Assembly (NCBI GenBank): GCA_964016885.1
Contig: OZ024742.1
Span: 226,796,001 to 226,860,000, forward strand
Origin: Eledone cirrhosa
Lineage: Eukaryota
Direction of reading: 5' to 3'
DNA length: 64,000 nt
The translations under genes and the position numbers were made by a program. Under the pieces are notes generated by a model. It saw only the letters and a list, made by a program, of their open reading frames with translations, made no database searches and had not been told where the DNA came from. Shown one piece after another: positions 43,290 through 55,082 of this stretch; position 1 is the stretch's first letter; every line of letters begins with the position of its first letter.

Positions 43290-43316
43290 ACGTTTTTTCT
43301 TTTCTTTCTGTTTCAG
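43290..43316 (+). other. 3' splice acceptor of the coding exon
   Basis: Long polypyrimidine tract ttttttcttttctttctgtttcAG ending at 43316, 115 nt upstream of the ATG. Confidence 0.75.
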
Positions 43317-43388
43317 TGAAGAATTGTTTGTGATTGTTACCAAATCTCTTCTGCTGTCACTACTTTCCTTGGATTGTGTTGAGAAACC

Positions 43389-43424
43389 ATGTTAACTTGC
43401 CACAACTTTCTTCTTATATACTGA
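43389..43424 (+). promoter_or_regulatory. Upstream ORF (MLTCHNFLLIY*) in the 5' UTR
   Basis: accATG context, out of frame with the main ORF, stop TGA 7 nt before the main ATG. Confidence 0.5.
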
Positions 43425-43431
43425 TTTTGGG

Positions 43432-46400
43432 ATGGAAAGTTGCAATATTAACGTGGATGTTGGAGACATGAAAAATAATTCCAGCCAAGAAAGTGTAGAC
43501 AGCATATCTGACGTAGAAACAACAACCCCTGTTAAGAACGGCGTTGGAGTTGGAAAGACTAGTCTAGCTTCCAGCGAGAGATCTGACAATCTCCGATCTA
43601 AGTCCAAGGGGGAAACACAGAATGTTTCTGTGAACCAAGACCACATCGATAACGACGAAAGCAAAGAAAACCAACTAAGTAAAGTGAAGAGTCCAGTAGA
43701 TAAAATAATTGTCGAAGACGAGTCAGACGTTATAATAACTTCGAGTGAGAAATTGGAAAAACCAGAAAAGAAATCTGATAGTTCTCCTAAAGGAGAGACT
43801 GACCCCCTGAAAGTTGTCATTAAATTGACGGACGGTAACGACGACGAAGAAGACAACGACGACGACGAAGTAGAAGTTTTAAATACTGCAGTGAAAATCA
43901 ACTTAGCTAACAACGGACTTGATTCCATTGCCAAGGAAAATCAGAGGAAAGTTGGCAACGAAGTAAATTCTTCTGACAGATCTCGGCTTCATTTGCAGTC
44001 TTCAAATTCTCAATCAAATTCTCTTCTCACTTCTAGCAACAACAATCAGCTACGGTCTGGGCCTTTCGGTGCTAACAGCCATAATAAGGCCCAGCAGCCA
44101 CCTGAGCTGCTATCGTACAACCTGGCTAACCAACAGAACAACTATGCTCCGATGTCTGGAGCAAAAACTCCCAAACTTCCTATAACACCCATGTCTCATC
44201 TAAACAGCTCTCAATCCAGTATGAATTCTCCAAAAGGAGGTAACTCTCCTTTCAGTTCATCGCCTAATTTTTCTAATTTCAACATCAATGATAATGATGA
44301 TTCTAAAGATACTCTACCAAATTCCAGTGTCGAACAGATTGAAGCAATTAAAAGGGAAACCTTGCTTCATTCTATGTCGACAAAGGCTCAACGTATTCTG
44401 AAAGCAAAAGCAAAGGCTGAGTTACTGCTGAAAGCTGATGAGAAACTTGGCCCACTAGCAAATTTCCTGAATAACTTGGGGCTGGATATTGTTAAACAGT
44501 CAGTTTATCAAGAAGCCATCCATATTCAGTCTCGGAAGCAACAGTCTGGCAAGCTAACAGATGTTGAGTGCTCTCAGCTGGACAAGATGCGAACATCCTG
44601 CAGGGAGCTTGCTGAGAAACTTAGACATCTTAAGCTCAGCTACAGGAAGTGCAAATTATGCAATTTTGTTAGTGAGTCGGTAAACGTCCACTTTTGGCAC
44701 CGGGAGCACCCACATATTAATAAACGAGAAGATTTTTGTTGTTCCTATTGTGATTTCTTGACCAGGAACAACATGGCATTCAATTTCCACATGGAAGCTG
44801 AGCACAATATCAAAGGGCGGAGTATGGAAAAACCGGCCTTTTGGCAGTGTAGCCTCTGCCCATTTGAACATAACTCAAAGAGTAAACTAACGCAGCACAG
44901 GTGGAAGTGTGAAAAGAACTTTGAAATGAAAACTCACTTGTCGCCGTCCCCGGAAACTGATATAAACTATAGCTTGTATGGAGTATTCTATCTCTCTGAG
45001 AAAGAAGAGGCTCTGAAGGCCATTGCCTTACACAAAGCTAAACAGAATCAGATAAAAGCACAGCAAGCCCAATTCAAATTGCAACAGCAACAGGCTGCTG
45101 CAAACAGAGCCCACTATTTCAACGCTAATAAAATTTCTCCAATTCAGTCTAAAAATATAAACCAAGGAAACATGAATGTGAACCAAAGAATTCCAGTGTT
45201 AGTGCACCCGAAGATAGGTCAACCGCAAGTGCCAGGAAACCAGCTTAGAAATTTCAACGCAAGAGGAAACATGCAACCGAATCGATTCCAGCAACAATCT
45301 CAAATACGACCAATGGTGAACCATCCTGGAATGAAGCACTTCTCCCCCGGCATGCTCCAAAACAACATGCGCGGAACTTCTTTACTGAACCAAAACAAGG
45401 GACATCAGAACCTCAGTTTGATGCGGACACAACTGCCCGTCAAAGATCTACTCAACATGCACCAACAAATCAAAGGCCACAATGTAGTCACTGCCAAGTC
45501 TTTAGCCAACCAGAAATTAATACCTTCCAACAATCAGCCCATTAATGATGTTAGTGAGTTTGAAATCTGTGAACTGTGTGGTGGATATGTGAAAGATAGG
45601 GAGGCTCTACGCATTCACTTCTTCTATGCCCATAGAGTTGAGATGCCTGCACTTATGTTTGAAAAACCATGCCCTCCTCTTTTCTGTGATGTTTGTGAAA
45701 AGAAATTCTGGACCAGTCAAGGCCTTCAGAAACACAGAGTGTCATTGAAACATTATGCTAAAGGTTCTCTCTCTCAAGTGTGCATCCTTTGTGGTTGTCT
45801 TGTCTCTCATCTGCTTAACCATATGACTGACACCCATCAGCTCAACCTACAGGACTTCCTCAACCAAAAGCGATGCATTGTATGCGGCAAAGTATGCCAG
45901 AGTCGATCTGAAACAGAGATCCATATGGCAGCCAGCCACGGTATTTTAGTGAAACGTAGTAACTCGAATTCAATGGATGCCAAGGTGAAACTTGACGAGA
46001 AAGGTGGTGGTAATTCAATGGCTATGGCAAGCAAAACCGGACCAGCCACCCCTGGCTCGTCGGCCTCTCAGTTGGTAAAAGGCAACTACTGTGTGTTTTG
46101 CAAGGTACCATTTGCGAGCAATGCTGAACTAACACAACATTGTCTACTCGTACATAAGGCTTGCAAAAAATGCGGCATGGTTTTGCCAGCAGAGGGTTCT
46201 CTTGGTAACCACAGATGTCAGATAAGCATTCCAACAGTGAAAGCTTGCAGTGTGTGTAAGAAACAGATACTTATTCAGGAATTTATAAAACATGTTGAAG
46301 AAAGGCATTTGAAGAAATGTTCGATTAAACTGAAACGGCTCAACTCTGAAGAAATAAATGCAGAGATGAAAGAGAAAAAGTTACACCTGGATATATCTGA

Positions 46401-46983
46401 ACGTGCTTCACCTTGTTCCCTCTCTGGTAACATTGATTCTGGGGGCCAAAACAGTGTCTCTGGAGATGTAGCTAATAGTTCATCTCGATCACATAAACGA
46501 AAACAAGATGAATCCGATAGAGCTGTGAAACGTAGTAAAATATCTCTAGATAACGATAGTACTTTTGAAGCTAAGTCTGAATCTATTTCTATAAGTGATA
46601 GCGATGATGATGTTGAGGTTATTAATACCGGCAACTCGGCCGATAAGACTAAGTTAGGGTACCAGAAAAATGGTTCTGTGGACAATAAGAAGGAAGTTGT
46701 TAGTATGACTGGCAGTGTTTCTGACTCTGTAGCTGAGAAGATGGATGTCGATGAATCCCAGGGCAGTGAAGATGATGAGGTTAGTGAAGAGGGATTGAAC
46801 TGGGCATCTGATAAAGTGAAAGGAGCAGCTGCTGATATCAAGGACAAACATGATGACCAGGAGACTGCAACCACTAATAAGAATAACAACAACAATGGTT
46901 CTACTTCTGCCAAGCTGGAGTCTTCCAATGAATCTATTAAGTCAACAAATGAAAGTACAAACCTCGCAGGCACTACTGAATGA
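43432..46983 (+). CDS. MEP-1: MEP-1-like (MOG-interacting and ectopic P-granules 1) multi-C2H2 zinc-finger protein, 1183 aa, whole CDS in one exon
   Basis: 3.55-kb uninterrupted ORF with about 10 C2H2/C2HC fingers (e.g. CSYCDFLTRNNMAFNFHMEAEH, CSLCPFEHNSKSKLTQHRWKC, CELCGGYVKDREALRIHFFYAH followed by PPLFCDVCEKKFWTSQGLQKH). It has an acidic N-terminus and a Q/N-rich centre. The ICELCGGYVKD..L..H....H.V...PPL.C..C...F.T.QGL..H block matches my recollection of insect/nematode MEP-1. Orthology was not tested. Confidence 0.8.
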   Translation: MESCNINVDVGDMKNNSSQESVDSISDVETTTPVKNGVGVGKTSLASSERSDNLRSKSKGETQNVSVNQDHIDNDESKENQLSKVKSPVDKIIVEDESDVIITSSEKLEKPEKKSDSSPKGETDPLKVVIKLTDGNDDEEDNDDDEVEVLNTAVKINLANNGLDSIAKENQRKVGNEVNSSDRSRLHLQSSNSQSNSLLTSSNNNQLRSGPFGANSHNKAQQPPELLSYNLANQQNNYAPMSGAKTPKLPITPMSHLNSSQSSMNSPKGGNSPFSSSPNFSNFNINDNDDSKDTLPNSSVEQIEAIKRETLLHSMSTKAQRILKAKAKAELLLKADEKLGPLANFLNNLGLDIVKQSVYQEAIHIQSRKQQSGKLTDVECSQLDKMRTSCRELAEKLRHLKLSYRKCKLCNFVSESVNVHFWHREHPHINKREDFCCSYCDFLTRNNMAFNFHMEAEHNIKGRSMEKPAFWQCSLCPFEHNSKSKLTQHRWKCEKNFEMKTHLSPSPETDINYSLYGVFYLSEKEEALKAIALHKAKQNQIKAQQAQFKLQQQQAAANRAHYFNANKISPIQSKNINQGNMNVNQRIPVLVHPKIGQPQVPGNQLRNFNARGNMQPNRFQQQSQIRPMVNHPGMKHFSPGMLQNNMRGTSLLNQNKGHQNLSLMRTQLPVKDLLNMHQQIKGHNVVTAKSLANQKLIPSNNQPINDVSEFEICELCGGYVKDREALRIHFFYAHRVEMPALMFEKPCPPLFCDVCEKKFWTSQGLQKHRVSLKHYAKGSLSQVCILCGCLVSHLLNHMTDTHQLNLQDFLNQKRCIVCGKVCQSRSETEIHMAASHGILVKRSNSNSMDAKVKLDEKGGGNSMAMASKTGPATPGSSASQLVKGNYCVFCKVPFASNAELTQHCLLVHKACKKCGMVLPAEGSLGNHRCQISIPTVKACSVCKKQILIQEFIKHVEERHLKKCSIKLKRLNSEEINAEMKEKKLHLDISERASPCSLSGNIDSGGQNSVSGDVANSSSRSHKRKQDESDRAVKRSKISLDNDSTFEAKSESISISDSDDDVEVINTGNSADKTKLGYQKNGSVDNKKEVVSMTGSVSDSVAEKMDVDESQGSEDDEVSEEGLNWASDKVKGAAADIKDKHDDQETATTNKNNNNNGSTSAKLESSNESIKSTNESTNLAGTTE

Positions 46984-46987
46984 ATGG

Positions 46988-46993
46988 AATAAA
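46988..46993 (+). terminator. Candidate polyadenylation signal (an alternative AATAAA lies near 48267)
   Basis: AATAAA 4 nt after the stop codon. Largely TE-free, AT-rich sequence continues to about 48.3 kb, where a second AATAAA occurs. Confidence 0.35.
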
Positions 46994-48111
46994 TAATTTT
47001 TGGTTAAAAAGACAAAAAATACAAGAAGAATATTTTAAAAAGAAGTTTTACCTCTACTCATGGAATCTTCATGTATGTTGGGAAATATCTCTGCTGCCTC
47101 AGAACTGCGCTATATAATATGCTAAACATAGCAGTCAATCTTCGGTGAAGGAGTGTCAGTGATACTGTGTTCATAATGACAACAACAACAATAACAATAA
47201 TAATAATAATAATAATAATGATGATGATAAAACTGTTAACTGTTAAACACTGACCCATAACCTAGTCCAGAATTAAATATAAAACTCTCCATTTAAAAAC
47301 TGGAAGACTTGGTTGGTTTCTGTTTCTGTAGGACGACCTAAAACTAAACTATTCAATGGCTTTTCACTACATTTTTTTTCCTCCATTCCCTTCCCCCACC
47401 AAATCCAACGCCAATGAAAAATATATGTATGTATTAGAATCTTTGGCTGTTAATTAATTAATCACATGTATTAATTATTAATATTGTCCATATTGCTCTT
47501 GGAAGAAAAAAATCCTAAATTTATATATTACTTTTCTTGACGAAGAACCCATAATATTATGTGTCTGCTACTGTAAAATGTTTACTTGAGTAAAAATAAT
47601 ACAAATTTATTAAAAAAAAAAAAAGCAGATCTGGGGGTGTTTTGTGTTGAGCTTTTGCAAGTAGACATGTCACTTTAAATAATGTTGACAGCATGACTGA
47701 CTCTGTAGTAGTTTTTAAAAAACCCAGGTTTTTCTTGCGTAACCATTGTTAAACCACACACATAAAATAACATAACATAAACACACTTATATCTTAGATA
47801 TTATTATTATTACTATTATACCATCTCATTCTCAATTCTCAAGAACTTATTTTACATTACAAAAAAAAATTTTGGTTTTCCCTAGAAAAAAAATTTTTTT
47901 AATGAATTTTTCTTTAATTACTGAAGCTTCAAATATATTTGAGAGCTCCAAATATTTTAATTTATTTTGGAACTGTTGAATGGAAAAAGAAAAAAAAAAA
48001 ACAATATTTATATCTACATATAAAATGATGCAAGCAGGTTTCTTTTGGGGATAATTTTTTTTCATCTTAATTACAGGGGAAAACAACATTCCTTTTTTTT
48101 TTTTAAACAAA

Positions 48112-48145
<34 letters not shown>

Positions 48146-50979
48146 ATTTTTTTTTTTTTAATATTTAGATTTAAATATCACAACTGGTTTGACATCCAAG
48201 GCTCTCTTGAAGAAAAAATGACTTGTGATTTCAAATTTTAGATTACTCTAGCTCTCTCTCTTCTGAAATAAAGTTACTCAAACCAACTCATTTGAAATTT
48301 TTGAAATTTTATAAAACTTAACTTTACACTTGCACACACATATTTCAACAAATATAAACATAAATCAACGACCTTGGTACATTCTGTAATGTGGTTGGCG
48401 ATCAAATGGAAACAATGGGTAGAGAGGACTGGCCCAGCATATGACAACGTCTCTAATCTGGTGCCATGATAAAATAGCACCAGTACATTGTAAGGGGGTT
48501 GGTGTTAGGCAGGCATACCAAATATGGAATTTTTAGTCTCGGAATATGACAGTCTGTCCATTCCATGCCAATGGAAGCCAGACAAAATGATGATGGCTTG
48601 TATATGTCATACCTCACACACTGAAACAAATTGTGTTGAGTTTCTGTCAGTTTCAACGATGTGTTCCAGTTGATTAATGGAACAGCCTGCTTGTGGAATT
48701 AATGTGCACCTTGAACATAGTTCCCAGGAAGATCCAGTGTGACACGGCTGGCCTTTTTAATTACAGATGCAACTTACTTTTTTACAGCTGAAGGCGCTGG
48801 AGCCTCATGAAATGAATGTCTTGCTGAAAGACATTATGCCACTGGGAAATTGAACTTGCAACCTTACAATTGTGTGCCAAAAATCCTTAACATTAAACCA
48901 CATGCCTTCATCAGGGTTGTATAGAAGTTACCCTGCACGTACACACTTCTAAGTTATGTAGCCTGTCACCACACCTAAACATTTAACCCTTTTGCTACTG
49001 TATTTTTTTTTTGTTTCAATTGGTTTTTGAAAGCAATAAAAAAAGATTGGTAAAATACCTATCATTTCCATTATTAAGCTGATGTTTGGAACAAAAAATT
49101 CTTTCATAAAATGAAATTGATTTCAATATGGACACTAAAATGGGCTGTTAGTAATTAGAACCTGAAAGGGTTAAGAGTTTAAAGAATTATTTCCAACCAA
49201 AAGTAAAGAAATCATAAGATACCTATAAAAACTGCAACTTATACAATTTCTGTATACTATCACCTTGCCCCACTACGAAAAATGCATTTAAAAAAAAAAT
49301 CAAAGTAGAAAATTCTGAAGGCATGTGGTTTAGTGGTTAGAGTGTTGAGCTCATGTTTATATGATTGCCTGTTCGATTCCTGAACCAGGCAGCAAATGTT
49401 CCCAGGCAAGATGCTACTTTTCGTATTATAACCAGGACCCCTATCATTAAAACTCCCAAGAATCCTATGAGATACAGCCAAAAACAGGTATGCTGTAAAA
49501 ATCTGATTGGACTGGGGGCTTTATCATTAAGACGTTCGGGAAACCTATGAGATACAACATTGTAAGAGACCAGCTAAATCTACATAGGTGTGAGCTGTAA
49601 ATTAAATTTTTTTCATTGATCATTTGTTCAGTTTTAGTTCCGAATTGTACACGGGTGTTTTTGTTTCTAATTTGCTTGTTACGAAAAAAAAATATAATTT
49701 TAGTTGCTTGATGTAAGGGAGACAACCTTATTACAACACTAATTTAGAAATACTCTGCTAGGATATTTTGTTTCAACTCTTAACATCCTGTATTTTATGA
49801 AACCACATTAGCAAGACATTCTTGAATAGTACAAAACAGCACTGTTTGCATCACATTAAAAATCATGCCTTTACTCTAATACTGCAAACTTTTTCAACCG
49901 TCTAGTAAACATTTGAATTAACAAACCTGTTTTTTATATATTTTCTACTAAATTATTACAGAATGTTAAAAGATAATTAACAACCTCATATACATAGCAT
50001 TATTTTTAGCATAATTGACTACATCACATTAAAGTCTTTACTGCAAAAATATTCACCAGGTTTTGTTTACCAGTAGAGATACTATAAACATTTAAAATAA
50101 CAAACTTTATTTTCTGCTACATCATTACAGGATGTTGAGAGTTAAATGTTACCTATTAATGTCTGCTCTGTTTCATCTTTTCATTTTTTCATTCCTCTTT
50201 TTTCTGTTTTATTGTGGATCAGGGTGGTTATTGAGATTATTTGAAGCTGGACTAATTTATTATAAGTCGTTATTTTGTCCAATGTCTGCTTCTAATTAAA
50301 CAATCAATTATTATTAATTGCCATCCTGTCCATATTTGCATGTTTGTCACCCAATAAAGTGAAACCTACCTTTCAGATAACAACCTTGTTGGTTGATTTA
50401 TTTTAGTGGCTTGATTTTTAACCTATTCTTGACTATTTCTAATGAAATACACTCTATTTCAATTAATTGACCCTTTCCTTACCATATTTTTTATGAAAGA
50501 CACTGATTTTTAAATCGTTTTGAAAGTAATTAACAATTTGAAGGAATTTAATAATGTAACTTTCTCATTATCAAGCAGGTGTTTGAAACATGATAATGGT
50601 TCTTATGTAAAATTATGTTGGAAGATTATAATTTAAACCGGCCAGAATTCTCTCACCTCTTTCTTTTCAAACTGGCTGTAACTGGTTGCTCATACCTTCT
50701 TTAAAGTATTGTTCTCAAAATAAATATCAAAATCTCAGATTTGATATTATTTGAGCTAGAGCTTTTTTACCACAACAATACAATAGTAAATATAGAGTAA
50801 TGTAAATGCTAAAGGGTTAAATAAGAACCCTTTAGAATGGGAGGTTTTGTTTCATAGAACCAAAGTTGAGATGATATCAAAAGGATGAATGAAGAATTTT
50901 GTGGGATGCACTAAAATATTAAATATTTCATTCCCAACATAGAAATCTAATGTTTTTTTTTTCTAACCACATGCTGATA

Positions 50980-51410
50980 ATATTGGAGCTGTGATCTCTC
51001 AATTCAGTGACTGATCTCCGAGCTTCACACTCTATAGAGTAATGTTACTCCAAGGACCCGTCAGGGGAATCCATTTTGGCCGCTTGTATTTGCAGTCGTA
51101 TTCTTTAGGTAATTCCCCAAGATTCATAACTGTAGGTAAGGGTTGGCACAAATACCAAATTGAAGATAGCGTGTTTGGCTTTCACACCTACCTCTCTTCT
51201 GATAACAGAATGCTGAAGCTGGTGCATTATTGCACCAGTTCCTGCAATTCTTGCACATAATTCAGCCACCTACTTTCCATCACTCGTGAACATGCCCCCA
51301 AAATACTTGAACTTCACCTGCTTTAATGGAACTCCATTCACATGTAGTGCTCTGTGAAGGCTTCCTTGAGAGCATCAGTGTCTGTCTTCGTAACTGATTT
51401 TCATTCCTTT
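50980..51410 (-). mobile_element. RTE-like LINE fragment, same family as 19350-19840
   Basis: Shares aagattcat.ac..tag.taaggg and the RIQAA.MG-like region. Confidence 0.55.
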
Positions 51411-51589
51411 TGGTGGGATTTGAACTCATAAAATAGAGAGCTGGAACAAATATTCTACAAGATAATTTGTCCTATGCTTTAACAACTCTGCTAATTTGCA
51501 AGGGTCAAAGTGGAAGTTGATTCCAAAAATGCTGTCAGTTTTTGTCCAAACATTAATGACCAGTTATCCAACTATTTTGATACAAAAAT

Positions 51590-51790
51590 AACATTAATTA
51601 ATGCCATTAAAACCATCATCATTACTAAATGCCATTAAAATAATCACACCACTAAATAATATTAAACAATTACTAAACACCATTAAAACAATCATCATTA
51701 CTAAATGCAATTAAAACAATCATATTACTAAATACCATTAAAATAAACACAACTTGACTAAATGCCATTAAAACAATCACATTACTAAAA
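51590..51790. repeat. Minisatellite with units of about 20-30 bp
   Basis: Recurring CCATTAAAACAATCA..ATTACTAAA. Confidence 0.8.
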
Positions 51791-51989
51791 AAATATTTAT
51801 TTCAGTAGTGATTAGGCTGTCCAAAATAACTTGCAGTGTTTGTTCCTGCTCTGTGTTCAAATCCTGTTGAGATCAACTGTACCTTTCATGTTTTCATCCT
51901 TTTGAGGTTGATAAAATATGTTATATTCATCATGTGGTCCTTTTTTGAGAGAAAGACATGATGGGTGATGAATGTGGAGCAGCAGAGAA

Positions 51990-52310
51990 TGCTGGAAAGA
52001 AAGGACATTAGAATAGTCTAGTGGAATATCATTAAGAGAGGAAGACAAACAATGAATTGCAGAGGATGATGAATGTTGTGGAGAGAAATGGAATGAGATG
52101 GTTAGGTCATGTGCTGAGGAAGGATGAAAGCAAGTAGGTAAGAGGATAATGGGAATGAATGTAGACTGAAGAGGAAGACCAAAAAAGACATCTCTAAAGG
52201 TGGAAATGAAAAAACCAGGAGTTGGTGAGGAGGATGCAAACGATAGGGGAAAATGGCAGAGCTTGTCGTGAGATCCATGAGGCTAACCTTTGTTTAAGCA
52301 GGAAAGATGA
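51990..52310 (+). mobile_element. Decayed RTE-like LINE 3' end
   Basis: MRWLGHVLRKDE..RGRPKKT motif. Confidence 0.6.
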
Positions 52311-52769
52311 CTTTAAAAGGCTTGTTATAGAGGTTGAAGAAATAAAGGATCAGTCCAGGAAAGTAGATTGACAGAATTATTAGTGCTGGGAAAGCCCACT
52401 GTGGCCTAGTTGCATGGTAGATTTTATTTGTCACCCAGTTTATCACGAGCACCAGCCACATCAGCTTTACAGATGAGATCCACAATATTGTACTGCTCCC
52501 ACATTGGGGATGATGATGCTGCCCACACACTGACAACCTGGAGCTACAATAAATTACTGCTTCCACGTCTGAGATGGGACTATACTGCTATTAAACAGAG
52601 ACAACTAAGACCCACAATACAGTACTTCTCCCTCATCTAGGACAGTGTTACTGCTGCATATACAGATATCCTAGACCCACAATACAATACTGTTCCCATA
52701 TCTGGGACAGTGTTACTGCTACATATACAGATATCCTACACATACAGTATAGTACCGCTCAAATATAGT

Positions 52770-54055
52770 ACTTGGCAAAAAACAACCGACCTATTACATG
52801 CCAGAACCTAAGGTATACAGTCTACCTGGACCTATTTCTCCAAGATCACTGTGACAGTAATATCATCATCACAGATGAGGAAGCAGCTGGGAAGAAAGGT
52901 ATTTGCAGGTGTACTCAACAACTAATTAAGAAAACTATGATGTCGGAAGTGCGACAACTGAGGAGAAATATGGTTAAGCATTTGATTCTGTTAACCACTC
53001 TTGGCTGATAAAGGCCCTCTGACTTGCTAAAGTCCCAGACACTATTATCAGAGCCATAGAGAACCTATCTTCTTGGGCTACTATCCTAAAGTTAAAAACA
53101 AAGGAGGTCTCTACTTTCACTAAAAAAATAAAATAACATAGGTGTATATTTCAAGGAGACAGTCTCTCTCTCTGCTTCTATTTATTGTCATTAAACCCCT
53201 TGTCCTTTCTTCTCAAGAAATGTGAAGAATACATAATTGGCTCACAGGGGGACAGAAATACAAACCTAACTCATAATTTCTTTGTAGATGACCTAACACT
53301 ATACTAAGAACATAAATGGGATCAAGAAAAATCTTGACCTGGTTACGACAGTGTCAAAGGATATAGAAATGTAGTTTGGCCAGGATAATTGTTCATATAT
53401 GATTGTAAAGCAGGGAAAAACTACAAGCCAATCTAACAATATTTTTATCAATGGCCTAACTATTTCACCAATATCTGACAAGGACTGCTAGAGATAGATG
53501 AGAATATATCCTATGATGGTATCTGTAATAAGGAACACGTAACCAGGGAATATTACACCCGATTAAGAAAAATATGGTCATCTGAAATCTCTGCGCACAA
53601 TAAAATAGTGGCTCAACATTCGGAATACTTGACTGGATGATAGACAAAATCCGAGCAATTGATGTTAAAATCTGTGGAAGACATATACATACATAATATG
53701 AAAAAGTAATGGTGGAATATTCCAGTCAAAACCCCAATAAAATGCAAGCACAACAGACCAGATATAATGATATGGGACAGGGAAAAGAAGGCATGCATAC
53801 TAGTGGAAGTCAGATGCCAATACAATATTAAAGATCAGCGAAAAGGAGAATATCTATGCAGAACTCATGATTAATCTGTAGATGCTCCACCCTGATTATA
53901 CTTTCAGTTTTATACCTGTGATTATTGGGGTATGTTAGTAACTTCCTCAGTACAAATCTTGAGAAGCTGGGCTTCACAGAACCAGAAAGAACACAAGTAC
54001 AATCCATTTATGGAACAGTAAAAATATGTAAAACATTCCAAAATTTCTGCATGTA
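52770..54055 (+). mobile_element. Decayed RLE-type non-LTR retrotransposon (R4/Dong-like)
   Basis: KNNRPITC, IFQGDSLS (about 53146-53170), THNFFVDDL (about 53270-53295) and the RLE motif HNRPDIMIWDREKKACILVEV (about 53749-53812); many indels and stops. Confidence 0.8.
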
Positions 54056-54533
54056 ATAACTGCATCTACACATGTACAGATGCAAAACATATACACATGC
54101 ACACATATAACTCCACACATCCACATATACAATAACATCCATACCTGCATACACACACATGCATGCAGACATATCTACCTAGTTGATATTGTTTAAATTC
54201 TAATGAGAGAGTCTGGTGTCTATGTTAGAAACCGACTGTCTCTATTTGTAAAAATCTATAAAATTATAAAACCAGAAGAACATACATCCATACAGGCTGC
54301 ATCTCGGTTTCCGAGAATTACCATCCATTGACCTTTTTCTCATATATGGGTGGCACAAATATGACTTTTTAGATTCCGTTCTGTGTATGCTGCACCGAAA
54401 GAAAAGACCATGCTCATGCAACACACATGAAAGATGTTTAGATCAAGTGATGTACTTGAAGTGAAGAAAGGCATTGCACTGGACCAATCCCACTCTCTGA
54501 ACAACGGTGACAGGTATCCAGAAATACAGAATA

Positions 54534-54718
54534 AGGGCGGTGGATTGGCAGTATCAGTAGAGGGTCGGACGCCATGCTTTGAAGCAAAGAGTTACGGCCC
54601 TTTATGGTCTGAGTTCAAATCCCGCCGAGGTTAACTTTGCCTTTCATCCTTACGGGGGTCGATAAAATAAAGTACCAGTAATGCACTGGGTAATTATTGC
54701 CTTGTGCCAAAAGTAGAA
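54534..54718 (+). mobile_element. Full-length SINE family 1 copy with target-site duplication
   Basis: ACAGAATA duplicated at 54526-54533 and 54719-54726; inserted into an older repeat. Confidence 0.9.
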
Positions 54719-55082
54719 ACAGAATAGGTCAATATCATTGGCTGCCATTGAGTCACAGGTTTTACGTCAGAGTTTTCCTTCTATAATGATGTCCTAACAA
54801 GAACTAGGGTCTCTCACTGCCGGTGGGCTAACTGCACGTTCGGGTACCAAACCAAGTATTTTCATGTCCCCGTGCACATACAGACATATATGCAAGATGT
54901 GTTGATTGCTCTTTTCTTCCATTTGTACTCACAACTGTAGATATATATATATTCCCATACAAACATGGAAAAACGGATGTAAAAATGATATATATATATA
55001 TATATGTATGTAAAAGGTAAACAGAAATAACAACACAATCGATACAGTATATGGAAGGGATGTATATATATATGTATATATA

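Noticed and set aside
43392-46973. Antisense ORFs (180 aa, 232 aa and others)
   Set aside because: Shadows of the long zinc-finger CDS
54195-54245. Hammerhead-like CTAATGA..GAAAC..GTC after the RLE element
   Set aside because: Core mutated and stem I does not pair
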